DNA of 64,000 bases from Octopus vulgaris (lineage: Eukaryota). Numbering within the stretch: position 1 is the stretch's first letter; every line of letters starts with the position of its first letter. Location of the stretch: positions 52,328,001-52,392,000 of the forward strand of contig OX597832.1 in assembly GCA_951406725.2 (NCBI GenBank), written 5' to 3'. The notes beneath the pieces are model-generated. The model did not search any database and was not told where the DNA came from. It saw only the letters and a program-made list of their open reading frames with translations. Both the position numbers and the translations under genes were made by a program. Shown here piece by piece: positions 48,945 through 61,308 of the stretch.

Positions 48945-49750
48945 TCATCATCATCATCGTTTAATGTCCGTTTTCCGCGCTAGCACGGGTTGGACGGTTC
49001 GACCGGGGTCTGGGAAGCCAGGAGGCTGCACCAGGCTCCAGTCTGATCTGGCAGTGTTTCTACAGCTCGATGCCAACCACTCCGCGAGTGTAGTGGGTGC
49101 TTTTTATGTGCGCACAGGTGCCAGGGCGGTCTGGCAGCTGCCACGATCAGTCAGTGCTTTTAATGTGCCACCGGCATGGAAGCCAGTCAAGGTGGCGCTG
49201 GCATCAGCCACGTTCGGATGGTGCTTTTTACATGCCACCGGCACAGAAGCCAGTCGAGGTGGTGCTGGCATCGGCCATGTTCGGATGGTGCTTTTTACGT
49301 GCCACCGGCACAGAAGCAAGTCGAGGCTGCGCTGGCATCGGTCACGTTCGGATGGTGCTTTTTACGTGCCACCGGCACAGAAGCCAGTCGAGGCGGTGCT
49401 GGCATCGGCCATGTTCGGATGGTGCTTTTTACATGCCACCGGCACAGAATCAAGTCGAGGCGGCACTGGCATCGGCCACGTTCGGATGGTGCTTTTTACG
49501 TGCCACTGGCACAGAAGCCAGTCGAGGCGGCGCTGGCATCAGTCACGTTCGGATGGTGCTTTTTACGTGCCACCGGCACAGAAGCCAGTCGAGGCGGTGC
49601 TGGCATCAGCCACGTTAGGATGGTGCTTTTTATGTGCCACCGGCACAGGTATCACAACAACAATTTCCATTGATATTTATTTCGATGTTCATGTACTTGA
49701 CTCAATAAGTCTCCTCAAGCACAGCGAGTTGTTCTGAAATCCAAGGTACT
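48945..49750 (-). mobile_element. (GAT)n-tailed RTE-related retroposon with an internal 67-bp tandem array (related copies ~33470-33685, 48380-48600, 51090-51481, 53330-53725, 53880-54080)
   Basis: Shared CATCATCGTTTAA(C/T)GTCCG...CTGGATGCCCTTCCTAA body. The 67-bp unit GTGCTTTTTACGTGCCACCGGCACAGAAGCC... occurs about 7.5 times at 49154-49650. Confidence 0.75.
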
Positions 49751-49837
49751 TTGTAAATGACAAAAATAAAAAGGAACAATTTAATTTATACAGAAGCATA
49801 TTTATTTACATTGTCAAAGTACATAGAAAATGCATCA

Positions 49838-49910
49838 TCAAGCAAATAAAGCTTTCCCTCTGTGGTTGAAGCTACAGAAAGATTGTCGGTTACTCAACAT
49901 CTCCCAGTTT
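49838..49910 (-). CDS. MMGT1: Membrane magnesium transporter 1 / ER membrane complex subunit 5, exon 4 (terminal)
   Basis: Acceptor TTTTTTCCAG; (K)NWEMLSNRQSFCSFNHRGKALFA*; FNHRG family motif; AATAAA at 49806-49801. Confidence 0.92.
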
Positions 49911-50028
49911 CTGGAAAAAAAGAAAAAAAAAGATAATGATTTAGAAATTTTTGCAGACCAACATCAACTTAACATCATTAAGAAATGACTTATAACAATT
50001 ATTATAATGTTGTTATAGCCTAGAGATA

Positions 50029-50294
50029 AGCAATAATAAATCTCTGAACGAGATGTAAACAGTAACCGCTCGACAACGTAAAGTAAACTAGCCATCTCAA
50101 TATGGCTAACCACTAAGGGTGGGTGTTACTATAGCTTGTAGCCCCAGGAGAACATCGTCTCCAGCTGGCTTTAGGCACACTTTCTGTGCCCTTATGATAT
50201 TTGCAAAGGGAGACGATGATCTCCTGGGGCTAAAAGCTACAGTAACACCCACCCTTAGTGGTTAGCCATATTGAGATGACTAGTATACTTTACG
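50029..50294. mobile_element. Fold-back insertion with ~87-bp inverted arms and a 13-bp flanking duplication
   Basis: Arms 50076-50162 and 50209-50294; TAGCCTAGAGATA at 50016-50028 and 50295-50307. Confidence 0.7.
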
Positions 50295-50420
50295 TAGCCT
50301 AGAGATAGTTCTCTAGAAAATACCTTGTGATTATGCTATTGTTTATAAAAGTTTAGTAGGTTAAAGAGAGAAGTAACGAAAAGTGGTGACAGGTAAACAA
50401 ATTCAGAGCCTTCGTATCTA

Positions 50421-50640
50421 TGAGGGGGGGTGCTGAAAAGTTCCTGGCTGTGGGTAAAAGAAAATACATGAAGATCAGTTAATCATGATTTTATTTGACA
50501 TATGCCCCTCTAAGATTTACACACTTATTGCAGCAGTTTTCCAAGTTTTTCTAAGACCTGTAAAAGCACTCGGAAGGGTGAGCCTCCAAGCAGGCCTTTC
50601 ATGAAACCCTTAAAGCCAGGAACTTTCCAGTACCCCCTCA
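50421..50640. mobile_element. Mariner-type MITE (related fragment ~56915-57047)
   Basis: TA|TGAGGGGGGGTGCTGAAAAGTTCCTGGCT...AGCCAGGAACTTTCCAGTACCCCCTCA|TA. Confidence 0.7.
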
Positions 50641-50714
50641 TACCATCACACCCTATTTAACATAGCCAATCCACTTACTGTGCCTCACTTCTTCATGACT
50701 TACTGCCAAATTTA

Positions 50715-50975
50715 ATTTCTCTTGGGAAATACAGAAGTGATGATGTCTTCATTCCACAGTTCCCATTAATCACATCTGACCTCCCCTATGAATTTAAATG
50801 GCACCAGTTCCCAGTGAAAATTAGCACAATCTCTTACCACTATTGGGCTTAACCTTGCTTCTCTCATGGGCAATTATATGTAGGATATTTGCAAGTTGGA
50901 AGTCCCAAAACTCTTTATTTGTACCCCAATTAAAGGACACACTGAAAACATTGTATATTTGGAAGTTCTACAAAA
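50715..50975 (+). pseudogene. Helitron Pif1-helicase C-terminal remnant
   Basis: SDLPYEFKWHQFPVK...SHGQLYVG...ENIVYLEVL motifs; a degenerate Helitron 3' end CCGAGCAACGG lies at ~51497, after an intervening retroposon. Confidence 0.7.
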
Positions 50976-51819
50976 TCAAACTGATTGATTTCAGAATTTG
51001 TTTTAATAACTTTGTTTAAACTCACTTCATCTGATTGAATTTTTCTGAAAATATGTTTTTTATCAGAATAAATATATTTATTTGAGGCAAGTGAAAATCG
51101 AAATCGATCAACATCAATGGAAATTGCAGCTGTGATACCAGTGCCAGTGGTACGTAAGAAAACCATCCGAACGTGGCGTTACCAGCGCCGCCCCGACTGA
51201 CCTCGTGCCGGTGGCACGTAAAAAGCATCATCCGATCGTGGCCGTTGCCAGCCTTGCCTGGCCCCCGTAAAAAGCACCATCCGAAAAGTGGTGACAGGTA
51301 AAACATAAAAAGCACCCACTACACTCACAAAGTGGTTGGTGTTAGGAAGGGCATCCAGCCGTAGAAACATTGCCAGAGCAGACTGGGCCTGGTGCAGCCT
51401 TCTGGCGTCCCAAACCCCAGTTGAACCGTCCAACCCATGCTAGCATGGAAAGCGGACGCTAAACGATGATGATGATGATGAACATTTTTTAAACTTCCGA
51501 GCAACGGCAGGTAATTAGGCTTGCCCTTTCATACAATAAAATACCAGTCAAGTATCGAGATCGATGTAACTAACTTAACCCTTCCTCCTAAAAATTGCTG
51601 GCACTTACCAAAATTTGAAATAATCATTAGAGAATTGAAATTTTTTCTATGCTACAAGCAAATATTCTGTTGGCCAACATGTATTATATTCATTAAATCT
51701 GATATTAAGGCAGAACATAATTTTTTAAAATTGAGGCAATAATATGATTTTTTTTAAAATTCTTTTTAACATTCAGACAGTATTTTTCAAATGGTTGCTA
51801 TAACCAGTGAAATACTTAC

Positions 51820-51923
51820 TTATTTTCTAGTTCAGCACTTGACTGAATTTCTTTAAAGGCACCAGCAATATGCACAACACCATAACAAATGATTAACAAA
51901 CTGATCAGACACTGGACTAAAAT
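51820..51923 (-). CDS. MMGT1: MMGT1/EMC5 exon 3
   Basis: TTTCTTAG|ILVQCLISLLIICYGVVHIAGAFKEIQSSAELEN|GTAAGT; 104 nt, phase 0 to 2. Confidence 0.92.
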
Positions 51924-52136
51924 CTAAGAAATAAAAACAAAAACAAAAAGAAACAACATTTAATCCCATTCTTCAAAACAAATCTTTTAATGGCTTTACC
52001 AAGTTAACTACATCAGCTTGTTACTGGAATTCACCAGTGATGCCACATATTTCATGCAGTCACGTTGCATAATATTTAATTAGAAGAAAATGTAAATTTT
52101 TTTGCATTTTCACATTATTTCATAATTAAACTTTAA

Positions 52137-52357
52137 CCCTTTAGCATTTAAACCGGCCATATCCGGCCAAAAATATTCTACCTGTTTTATGTTCAAACTG
52201 GCCAGATCTGGTCTCTCACACCAACCCTACAATATCGTTTAAAAAATTAACAGCTACCTCATCAAAATCTCATAGCTACAAGATAATGCATGATTAATTC
52301 AAAACAATGTAGATGAAGAAGCATTAATTTGGGTAGAATAATGCTATCACTAAAGGG
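52137..52357. mobile_element. piggyBac-type MITE (related copies ~47676-47858, 60308-60528)
   Basis: TTAA|CCCTTTAG...CTAAAGGG|TTAA. Confidence 0.8.
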
Positions 52358-52532
52358 TTAATACTTAACATTCATGTTATTTAAATATACTCAAAACCAT
52401 GTCAAAGATACAGAATAAAAAATTTTCTCAAATTATGAAAATGTATCACTGGTGGTACATGTGGTGGTTATGTGAAGCTTGTGATGAACCATCTATTGTA
52501 CATGTGGTGGTTAACATGTTAAAATGTAAATA

Positions 52533-53065
52533 CAGGGTGGACCAAAATGATCTGACACATTTGGAGGTTTAAAAAAAGCACAAAATAAGAAATAATGAAA
52601 AGAGAAATTTTATTTTCTGAATATACATATAATGCCATTTTATTTCATTAAGTTTTAAAAATTAAATCAGCTAAATTCTTCCCATCATTTTCAACACACT
52701 GTTGGAGACGTTCATGAAAGTTATCGATGATAACTATGGATCATTTCTTGGTGAAATGTGATTTCTTCTTGTGGGGATATTTAAAATCAAAAGTATTCAG
52801 TCATCACCCTCGATCTATTGATGAATTAAAACATGAAATTTATGTAGAAATAGCAACCATTCCAGAAGAAATGATCCAGAGAGTTATCGATAACTTTCAT
52901 GAACGTCTCCAACAGTGTGTTGACAATGATGGGAAGCATTTAGCTGATTTAATTATTAAAACTTAATAAAATAAAATGGCATTATATGTACATTCAGAAA
53001 ATAAAATTTTTCTTTTCATTATTTCTTATTTTGTGCTTTTATTAAGATCATTTTGGACCACCCTG
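52533..53065 (+). mobile_element. Tc1/mariner derivative with ~190-bp inverted arms around a transposase C-terminal fragment
   Basis: TA|CAGGGTGGACCAAAATGATC...GATCATTTTGGACCACCCTG|TA; interior encodes CDFFLWGYLKSKVF...ERLQQCVDNDGKHL. Confidence 0.85.
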
Positions 53066-53140
53066 TAGTAACAATATAATATATTTCTAACATCACACAT
53101 TAAGATTGTCTACTTTTAGATAATTTAAATCATTACTTAC

Positions 53141-53193
53141 ATCCAATGGTAATCGCGTAAAGTCATTTTTAATCAAACGTAGATATGCCCGAT
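53141..53193 (-). CDS. MMGT1: MMGT1/EMC5 exon 2
   Basis: TTTCAG|(H)RAYLRLIKNDFTRLPLD|GTAAGT; 53 nt, phase 1 to 0. Confidence 0.92.
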
Positions 53194-54529
53194 CTGAAAT
53201 CACATGAAGATATATATATATCATTAAATTCTCAGGAGAAACTTTTATCAATAAAATAAAATTTTTAAATTCATTTAAAATTTCCACAAACTTGATTTAT
53301 ATTAAACATTTTTAAAATATACCTTTTTGTGCTTGAGGAGACCTATTGAGTCAAGTACATCAACATCAAAATAAATATCAAATGGAAATTGTAGTTGTGA
53401 TACCTGTGCTAGTGGGCACGTAAAAAGCACCATCCGAACATGGCCGATGCCAGCGCCGCCTTGACTGGCTTCTGTGCCGGTAGCACGTAAAAAGCACCAA
53501 CTGATCGTAGCCGCTGCTAGCTTCCCCTGGTACCTGTGCTGATGGCATGTAAAAAGCATCCACAAAACTCACGGAGTGGTTGGCATTAGGAAGGGCATCC
53601 AGCTGTAGAAACACTGCCAGATCAGACTGGATCCTGGTGCAGCCTCCTGGCTTCCCAGACCTTTGTTGAACTGTCCAACCTGTGCTAGCATGGAAAACAG
53701 ACGTTAAACGATGATGATGATGATCTGTATTAGGATTAATTTCTTAAGACCAACACAGTTCACATCATTTTGTGTAAATTTACAAAAAGATCCTAAAAGG
53801 TCAGTTCAAACCACTTCCCCAACAGCTAAGAAAACTAAATATTTACAAAGTATTTTTGTTATTCAACACACACTTATTATCCATCATCATTTAATGACTG
53901 TTTTCTCTGCTGGTGTGGGCCGGCTGGTTTGACAAGATCCGGCAAAGATCCAGTGTCAGCTTAGATATGGCTTCTATGGTTGGATACTCTTCCTAATGCT
54001 AACCACTTTACAGAGTGTGCTGGGTGCTTTTTCATGCCACCAGCATTAGTGAGGTTGCCAAATAACTTGCAAAGCAAAGAAGAAGAAGAAAGAATGAAAA
54101 AGGAGGGGATTATATGGGGGAGGAGCAATGGTTCTATGCTAGGCATTGAGAGAGTAGAATGTGACGGAAAAACAAGCCCAGGTGGCTTGTAATAGATATA
54201 CTAGGCTGAGTAGTGAGAAAGTTGGAAAGAAGATAGAATTGGTGGTGGAATGCTGGAAGATCTCAAGATACAGTAGATTGTTTTGGGGGTGGGATAGAAA
54301 GGAAAGATGGGGGTAGAGGTACGTGTAATGAGTGATGGTAAGAGATATAGGAGTAGCTCATGGAGGCTATGGTAAGTGATAACAGGTACGAGAGCAGTTA
54401 AGAATGAAGTATAGCAGAAGAGAGCAATAGATGAAGGCAGAAAAGGATGTGATTGGCAGAGCAGGGAGAGAGCAAAAGGAGGGACAAGGCCCCCACACAC
54501 ACATGTAAACATAACCAAAGTGGTTTTAG

Positions 54530-56065
54530 AATATCATTTCTGCTCTGATGGACAGCCTTTTTGAGTACAGCAGATTATTAATCCTCTCAGTCATTTGACA
54601 TCTCCTCCAGAAGGTTCAGTATTTTGAGATCAGCCTTCACTGCATTCCATATATTCCTGAGTCTCCCTCTTCTGCAAGTTCTATCCACATTAAGCAATCA
54701 TGCTTCTTTATGCAGCTGTTCTTATCCATCTTCCTCATCCAAATGCACCATGTGTCCAAACCAGTGCAGTCTTATCTCTTGCTCACTATATATGATTCCT
54801 CGTACGACTAATTTAGTTGACATTTAACTGACATTGCACATCCAATGGACCATACTAACTTCATTCCTCTCTCATCTTTGCATTCAGGGTCCACATCTCA
54901 CCACCATGTTGCATGGATCTATGTACACAAACATCAGACAATCTGCTTTTCACACACAGAGACAGTAACCTTTTGTCCTTTTTTGTCAAGAGAGGTAATA
55001 GCCCTCTGAATCTCATCTAGGTCATCCCATAGGATACCCCTAAGGGTTTCAGTTGCGCATGCTATAGGAGTCACAGAGCACCGCTCCATGTAGTCCTGCA
55101 GTTTCCATCTAACTAGGAATATTGGGGTCTCAACCATTGTCTTGTATTCAAGATCCTCTGCATGACATCCTGCTAGTACAAAGCCAGGAATCTGATCTGT
55201 TAGGTCCTGCCAAAAACTAAATCCATGCCCTGCTGCTGACACTTCAATTTATTGTCGTTAAGGTTTGTCTGCCCTACCCTTTGACCTGTCTGGCCTGGTA
55301 AGACCTGCCTGAAGATTTCTCTCCCTCCAGCATAGCTCTCCATGTCAATGGAGCACACAGACACTTCACCGCGACAAGGTACTTGTTGAATTGGCAATTG
55401 ACTGCACAGTAGCTCTTCCACCTTTTGATGGGTCCTATTTTTCGTCCCACAAGGTGTCCAACAAACACCCTCCTCACCAAGGAAGCTTGATGGGGTTACC
55501 AGTTTAGTCACTGACGACCCGACCATGTGACAGGTTGTACTGGGTTACATGTTACCAGTAGCGCTCAAGAGCAACCTGACATCTCTCCATCCTATTCTTG
55601 TTCTAACAACTACGATTTCTGAACATCATCATCCTCCTATGCTTATTAGATCATCTAGGCAACAGAAATTATCCATTACCACCAGGGATCTTCTAAAGCA
55701 TTTGAGAAAAATCAATTTTCCCCATGTATCATTAATCTTTATGGCTCCTGTGCATCTTCCACATACAAATACTACTTTCCCCATTAACGTTCCTGTGATT
55801 CCACTGCATCTCATGGAATTCCTGCCTATACCTTTTCTACATATCAAATAGTACCATTTACCTAAAATGAGTAGGGTCCTGTCCGTTTTCTTAATTACAA
55901 GAACCTTGGCTTTTAAGTAAGTTAACCTTAAGATCCTTCGATTCCAGGTTTTGCTTCCATACCCACAATTTCTTTTCTAATTCTGTTACAGATTCCACTA
56001 TGAGAGCAAGATCAGCAACATATAATAGTTCCCAGGGGTAGACAGTTTAAAATTTCTCTGTTCAC
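54530..56065 (-). mobile_element. Degenerate RTE/RTE-X-like LINE fragments in MMGT1 intron 1
   Basis: Minus-strand ICRKGIGRNSMRC...FVCGRCTG and RLHWFGH-like motifs with many disruptions; an unrelated segment sits at ~54935-55545. Confidence 0.55.
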
Positions 56066-56779
56066 CATCATCATTGTTTTATGATGTCTGCTGCTCCATG
56101 CTTGTATGGGTTGGAGGCAAGTTGCTGAGATAGATGCCACGCAGTGGGACTGAATCCGAAACCAAGCGGTTCAGAAGCAAGCTTCTTACCACACAGCCAC
56201 GCCTTCTATTTTAAAATATATCCAGTTAGTATCTATTTAATCTAAATAAATAAATAAATAGTTGTTATTTTTTTCGTCAATGTTGTTAATCTTTCGTAGC
56301 CGATGTTATTAATTTCTTCATTTCCTCCATTTTTAAATCTATCGATTGCTTTCATTACCTCTAACTTCCAGCCCCTGAATTTCGGGACCGTGAAAGAATT
56401 TTTTTTTTTCCCGTGAGTTTTCTTTCCTGTCCAAGATTGAGTCTTTTCCTTAATATTTTTCGTTTACCAACAAATTATGTGAAAGCAATGTAGCTTACAA
56501 CGAAACTGTAACAACACGAATAACGAGGCACTCGACGATTCCATATTTGGAATATTGTTTATATCTGAATATTGTCAAAAAGCGTGTACAATTATTATAG
56601 TAAATCAATGAACAGAATTTTATAAAAACAAAATCCAACACAAAGCAATGTTAATGCTAAGGGATATACATAAAAAGAATAAAACTGAGAACCCCAAATA
56701 CACAATCGTTTTAAACCTGCTTGGCAAGAATTCTTTATATATGATGCTATTTATATGTAATTATATATATGAGTGTATA

Positions 56780-56825
<46 letters not shown>

Positions 56826-56874
56826 TGAAATGAATACGTACACCCGGTGTTTAGGGTGTGTGTGTGTATGTATG

Positions 56875-56915
<41 letters not shown>

Positions 56916-57633
56916 TAGGGGGTGCTGAAGGGCCGCTGCAATAAGTGTGTGAATCTGAGACGGGAATAGGTTCAATAAAATCATAATTAACTGATCCTCC
57001 TGCGTTTTCTGTTACTCAAAGCCGGGAATTTTGCAGCACCCCCTCGTGTGTATACACACACGCACATATTTATATACATCATCTATCTATCTATCTATAT
57101 ATTATTTTGGTCGAGCCAGTCTCTCGCTACTCTGAATTTCGAAGATCCTTGCACCTACAGGTGTAGTAGCAAGAGTCTAACACGACCCAAATTAAATATA
57201 TAATTAATCTCATATATAGAGTACTCTTTTTCCGACAGCCGACACTAAACGTATATATATTTTTTTATTACTACTACAAGTATTATATCATTAATCTGAT
57301 TCTCTTCCCTAAAATCTGTATCACTTCTACCTTGTCTTATGGGGAACAGCTGTATTTTCAGAACCGAGTCGTCAGAACCACTTTCGAGGGTGAAAATATA
57401 TTTAGTTTTTATTTTATTTCCCCCATCGTTAATTTATAATACCCAGTATTTAATATTAGGTATATATTTCAGTTAAAATATTAAAGAACAAGTGCTCGGG
57501 GCGATGAATAAAAAAACAAAAGAAGGCATTGTTGAAATTTAATAAAACTGTTTTGAATATATTTTAGCCACAAAAAAATCATAGTTTAAGAATTTAAATA
57601 ATAAAAAGATTTAAATTAATGTTATGCACTTAC

Positions 57634-57712
57634 GTTGAGCAGCCGAATAGGCAGCATGAGCTAAGACAAGAAGCCCAAATGTAATACAAATTTTGTGAGA
57701 TGAAGATCCCAT
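57634..57712 (-). CDS. MMGT1: MMGT1/EMC5 exon 1
   Basis: MGSSSHKICITFGLLVLAHAAYSAAQ + C|GTAAGT; LAHAAYSAAQHR is the MMGT1/EMC5 signature. The four exons total 309 nt = 102 aa + stop. Confidence 0.93.
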
Positions 57713-57833
57713 TTGCACCGTGTTGGAAAGTGAAGATAAAAAACCTGAGCCAGGAAGAGTCAGCTTAATATAACACTACATAGATATACAAATACACACA
57801 GATAACGTGGAAATATAGCTCAACGGCAGCCAT

Positions 57834-58938
57834 ATTGAATTTACAAATGCAGGAAAAAAGTAAAAGAACTAATGTATACCAAATTTCTTTATTCACCTAT
57901 AAAAAGGTTTACATAGAGGGGACGTTACAAAGACAGCCAAGGGACATGTAGGGGACAGACACATATTGAATTTACAAATGCAGAAAAAGTAAAAGAACTA
58001 ATGTATACCAAATTTCTTTATTCACCTATAAAAAGGTTTACATAGAGGGAACGTTACAAAGACAGCCAAGGGACATGTAGGGGACAGACACGCATTGAAT
58101 TTACAAATGCAGAAAAAGTAAACAAATATATACCAAATTTCTTTATTCACCTATAAAAAGGTTTACATTGAGGGGACAGACACATTGAATTTACAAATGC
58201 AGGAAAAAAGTAAAAGAACTAATGTATACCAAATTTCTTTATTCACCTATAAAAAGGTTTAGATAGAGGGGAGGTTACGAAGACAGACAAGGGACATGTA
58301 GGGGACAGACACACATTGAATTTACAAATGCAGGAAAAAAGTAAAAGAACTAATGTATACCAAATTTCTTTATTCACCTATAAAAAGGTTTACATTGAGG
58401 GGACAGACACACATTGAATTTACAAATGCAGGAAAAAAGTAAAAGAACTAATGTATACCAAATTTCTTTATTCACCTATAAAAAGGTTTACATAGAGGGG
58501 ACGTTACAAATACAGATAAGGGACATGTAGGGGACAGACACACATTGAATTTACAAATGCAGGAAAAAAGTAAAAGAACTAATGTATACCAAATTTCTTT
58601 ATTCACCTATAAAAAGGTTTACATAGAGGGGACGTTACAAAGACAGATAAGGGACATGTAGGGGACAGACACACATTGAATTTACAAATGCAGGAAAAAA
58701 GTAAAAGAACTAATGTATACCAAATGTCTTTATTCACCTATAAAAAGGTTTACATAGAGGGGACGTTACAAAGACAGATAAGGGACATGTAGGGGACAGA
58801 CACACATTGAATTTACAAATGCAGGAAAAAAGTAAAAGAACTAATGTATACCAAATTTCTTTATTCACCTATAAAAAGGTTTACATAGAGGGGACGTTAC
58901 AAAGACAGATAAGGGACATGTAGGGGACAGACACACAT
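57834..58938. repeat. ~131-bp tandem repeat, about 9 copies (two shortened units)
   Basis: Unit ATTGAATTTACAAATGCAGG...GGGACAGACACAC starts at ~57834, 57966, 58094, 58183, 58315, 58413, 58544, 58675 and 58806. Confidence 0.95.
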
Positions 58939-60719
58939 TCTTATATACAAGATGAAAAGACATGGATTTACATATATTATACGGATGGGAGTTAAAAATA
59001 TAAGTGATGATTGGATGAACTAATATAAATCAATTCACTTTTCTGTCTTGTAACACCTAATATGCCTTTTTTATGTTAAAAGTTTTTGTAGTTAAGTCTA
59101 TTACGAAATAAAAGAGAAGCAATGTTTGTTTGTTTTTTTTCGGAACATTGAATCTCGAAGCAGAAAAGCCATCAATAAAAGTATCTTTTATCATGTACTT
59201 GTTTCAATCATTTGACTGCGATCATGCTGAGTCATTGGGGAATTTTAGTCGCATGAATCGACCCTGGGACTTATTGTTAAGCCCTGTACTTATTCCATCG
59301 GTCTCTTCGGCGAGCTGCTAAGTTACGAGGAGATAAACAAACTAAAACCGGTTGTGAAGTGGTGGTCAACACATAGACACACACACATATATATATTCAC
59401 ACACACACGACGGGCTTCTCTCAGTATCCGTCTACCAAATTCACTCACGAGGTTTTTGTCGGCCGAGGCTAAAGTAGAAGTCACTGCCTAGAAATATCGC
59501 GACTTAAAAAAAAAGTCGGTGCCACTGTCTATACTGCGTTCTACCGCAATATGCACAGTCTGTGCTGTGAATTGGCCTTATCTGGACAATAACGTTTAGA
59601 GTTAGGGATTGCGGTTAGGGTTTAGGATTAGGATTCGACTACATACAAAAGCCCAAATGGCTAGATAGACCGCACGCTCAAGATGCACCAAAATGTTTAT
59701 ATAGTTTAAAACAGCACCTTTCTGACTCAAAAATATCAAAATACTACTTTTAATTTCTTAAAATGAAATGTTTGAATTTCAAAATTATATCAATAGACTT
59801 TGTAAAATAGAAAAGAAGAAAGTGACATTACATTAAATCAATATCTTCTGTTTTTATCCTTTGCTCGAGAAACCTATTTATTGAATTCATCTATGTATAT
59901 ATGTGTTAGAAAACCCCTAAAAACGATCAACAGCTACAAAACAAAACCAGAAGGGCGATGGGGTGGTCCACCCCAGGTGTGCTTTTATGAGAGCTGCAGT
60001 TTTGGATTAGTGGTATTTCGTTTTTGTATTTGGTTTCCAAGATTTTTTAAGTGAACTCATGAGCTGGAACAAATTTTGTTGTATCATATCTTGGGAGGGT
60101 CATTATGCCAATAATAAGCACACGCACTGGTTTCATTTCACTTCTTTATTTAGTTATTTGGGTGTAATGTAGTTTCGCACCTCTTTTTTTATTATTGTTT
60201 TTGCATATTCGTAATCTTCGTCACCTAAAACGAAGGAATCCGAAAAAAAATTTTTTAAGGCATTTTTTAAAGAGAGGTGCGAAACTGCATTAGACCCACT
60301 TATTTAATCCTTCCGTATATAAACCGGTTTCACCTGACCAAAATATTCTACCTGTTTTATGCTCAAACTGGCCAGATCTGGCCTTTCACACCTACCCTAC
60401 AATGTCATTCTAATAATAAACAATCACATCACTGAAATCTAAAAGCTACAAAGATAATACCTGATTAATTCAAAACAATGAGAATAAATAAACATTGCAT
60501 TTGTCAGAATAATCTGAAAGCTAAAGGATTAAAGAACCAACAAATCGCTCGCTCGCTTAATCAGTCGGTTAAGCAATGAATCAGTTGTCTGGGTCACTTG
60601 TACTTTCTTTGTTTTTCTCATGGAAGTAAATTTGCGTCGATCGAAAATAGAAACTGCTTCGCATATTCGGTTCTTGATAAGATTCAATTTACCATACCAT
60701 GGTCATCAATATCAAACGG

Positions 60720-61308
60720 GGTACTATTTAAGAAGAGTGCGCGCACTCGCGTACTCGCGCATCCGCGATAGCTAGTCGTGACTAGTTGATCCTTACTTTG
60801 TGTTTTTGTGTTTTATTTACTTTGTTTTAAAAAAAATTATGGCTTCCTTCGGTATAGGTACCGTAAGTGGCTTTGTTTACATTTCTGAAGATAACAGAAA
60901 CCCTTTTCTCCAACCCCTAACACAAACCCTAACCCTAACTTTCCATATACTTTCTTGAAATGTATCTGGTACTTCCGGTACCTATACCGAAGTTACGCCA
61001 AAATTATTTATTTTGTGTAAAAAAAAAAATTTTTATTTTGTGTTTTATTTATTATACTTTGCTAGGTAGTCGTTGCAGGATCGTCAAGTCACGACTAGCT
61101 AGCACGAATGCGCGAGTACGCGAGTGCGCGCACCGGGACCACTCTTCTTAAATAGTACCTATTTCTTTATTATCCACAAGGGGCTAAACATACAGGGGAC
61201 AAATAAGGACAGACATAGGTATTAAGTCGATTACGTCGACCCCAGTGCGTAACTGGTACTTAAGTTATCGACCCCGAAATAGTCTTCAATATCTTCTTAA
61301 ATAGTACC
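60720..61308. mobile_element. GG...CC TIR element with a 9-bp TSD, containing a nested MITE and a nested SINE fragment
   Basis: TIR GGTACTATTTAAGAAGA; TSD ATCAAACGG at 60711-60719 and 61309-61317. Nested MITE 60841-60999 has TSD AAAATTAT. The SINE piece is flanked by a duplicated TCTTCTTAAATAGTACC. Confidence 0.8.

Noticed and set aside
48826-49737. 303-aa ORF and overlapping ORFs
   Set aside because: Produced by a 67-bp tandem array (not a multiple of 3) inside a multi-copy retroposon.
57345-57380. CTGACGA...GAAA on the minus strand as a hammerhead
   Set aside because: No helix II or helix I pairing.
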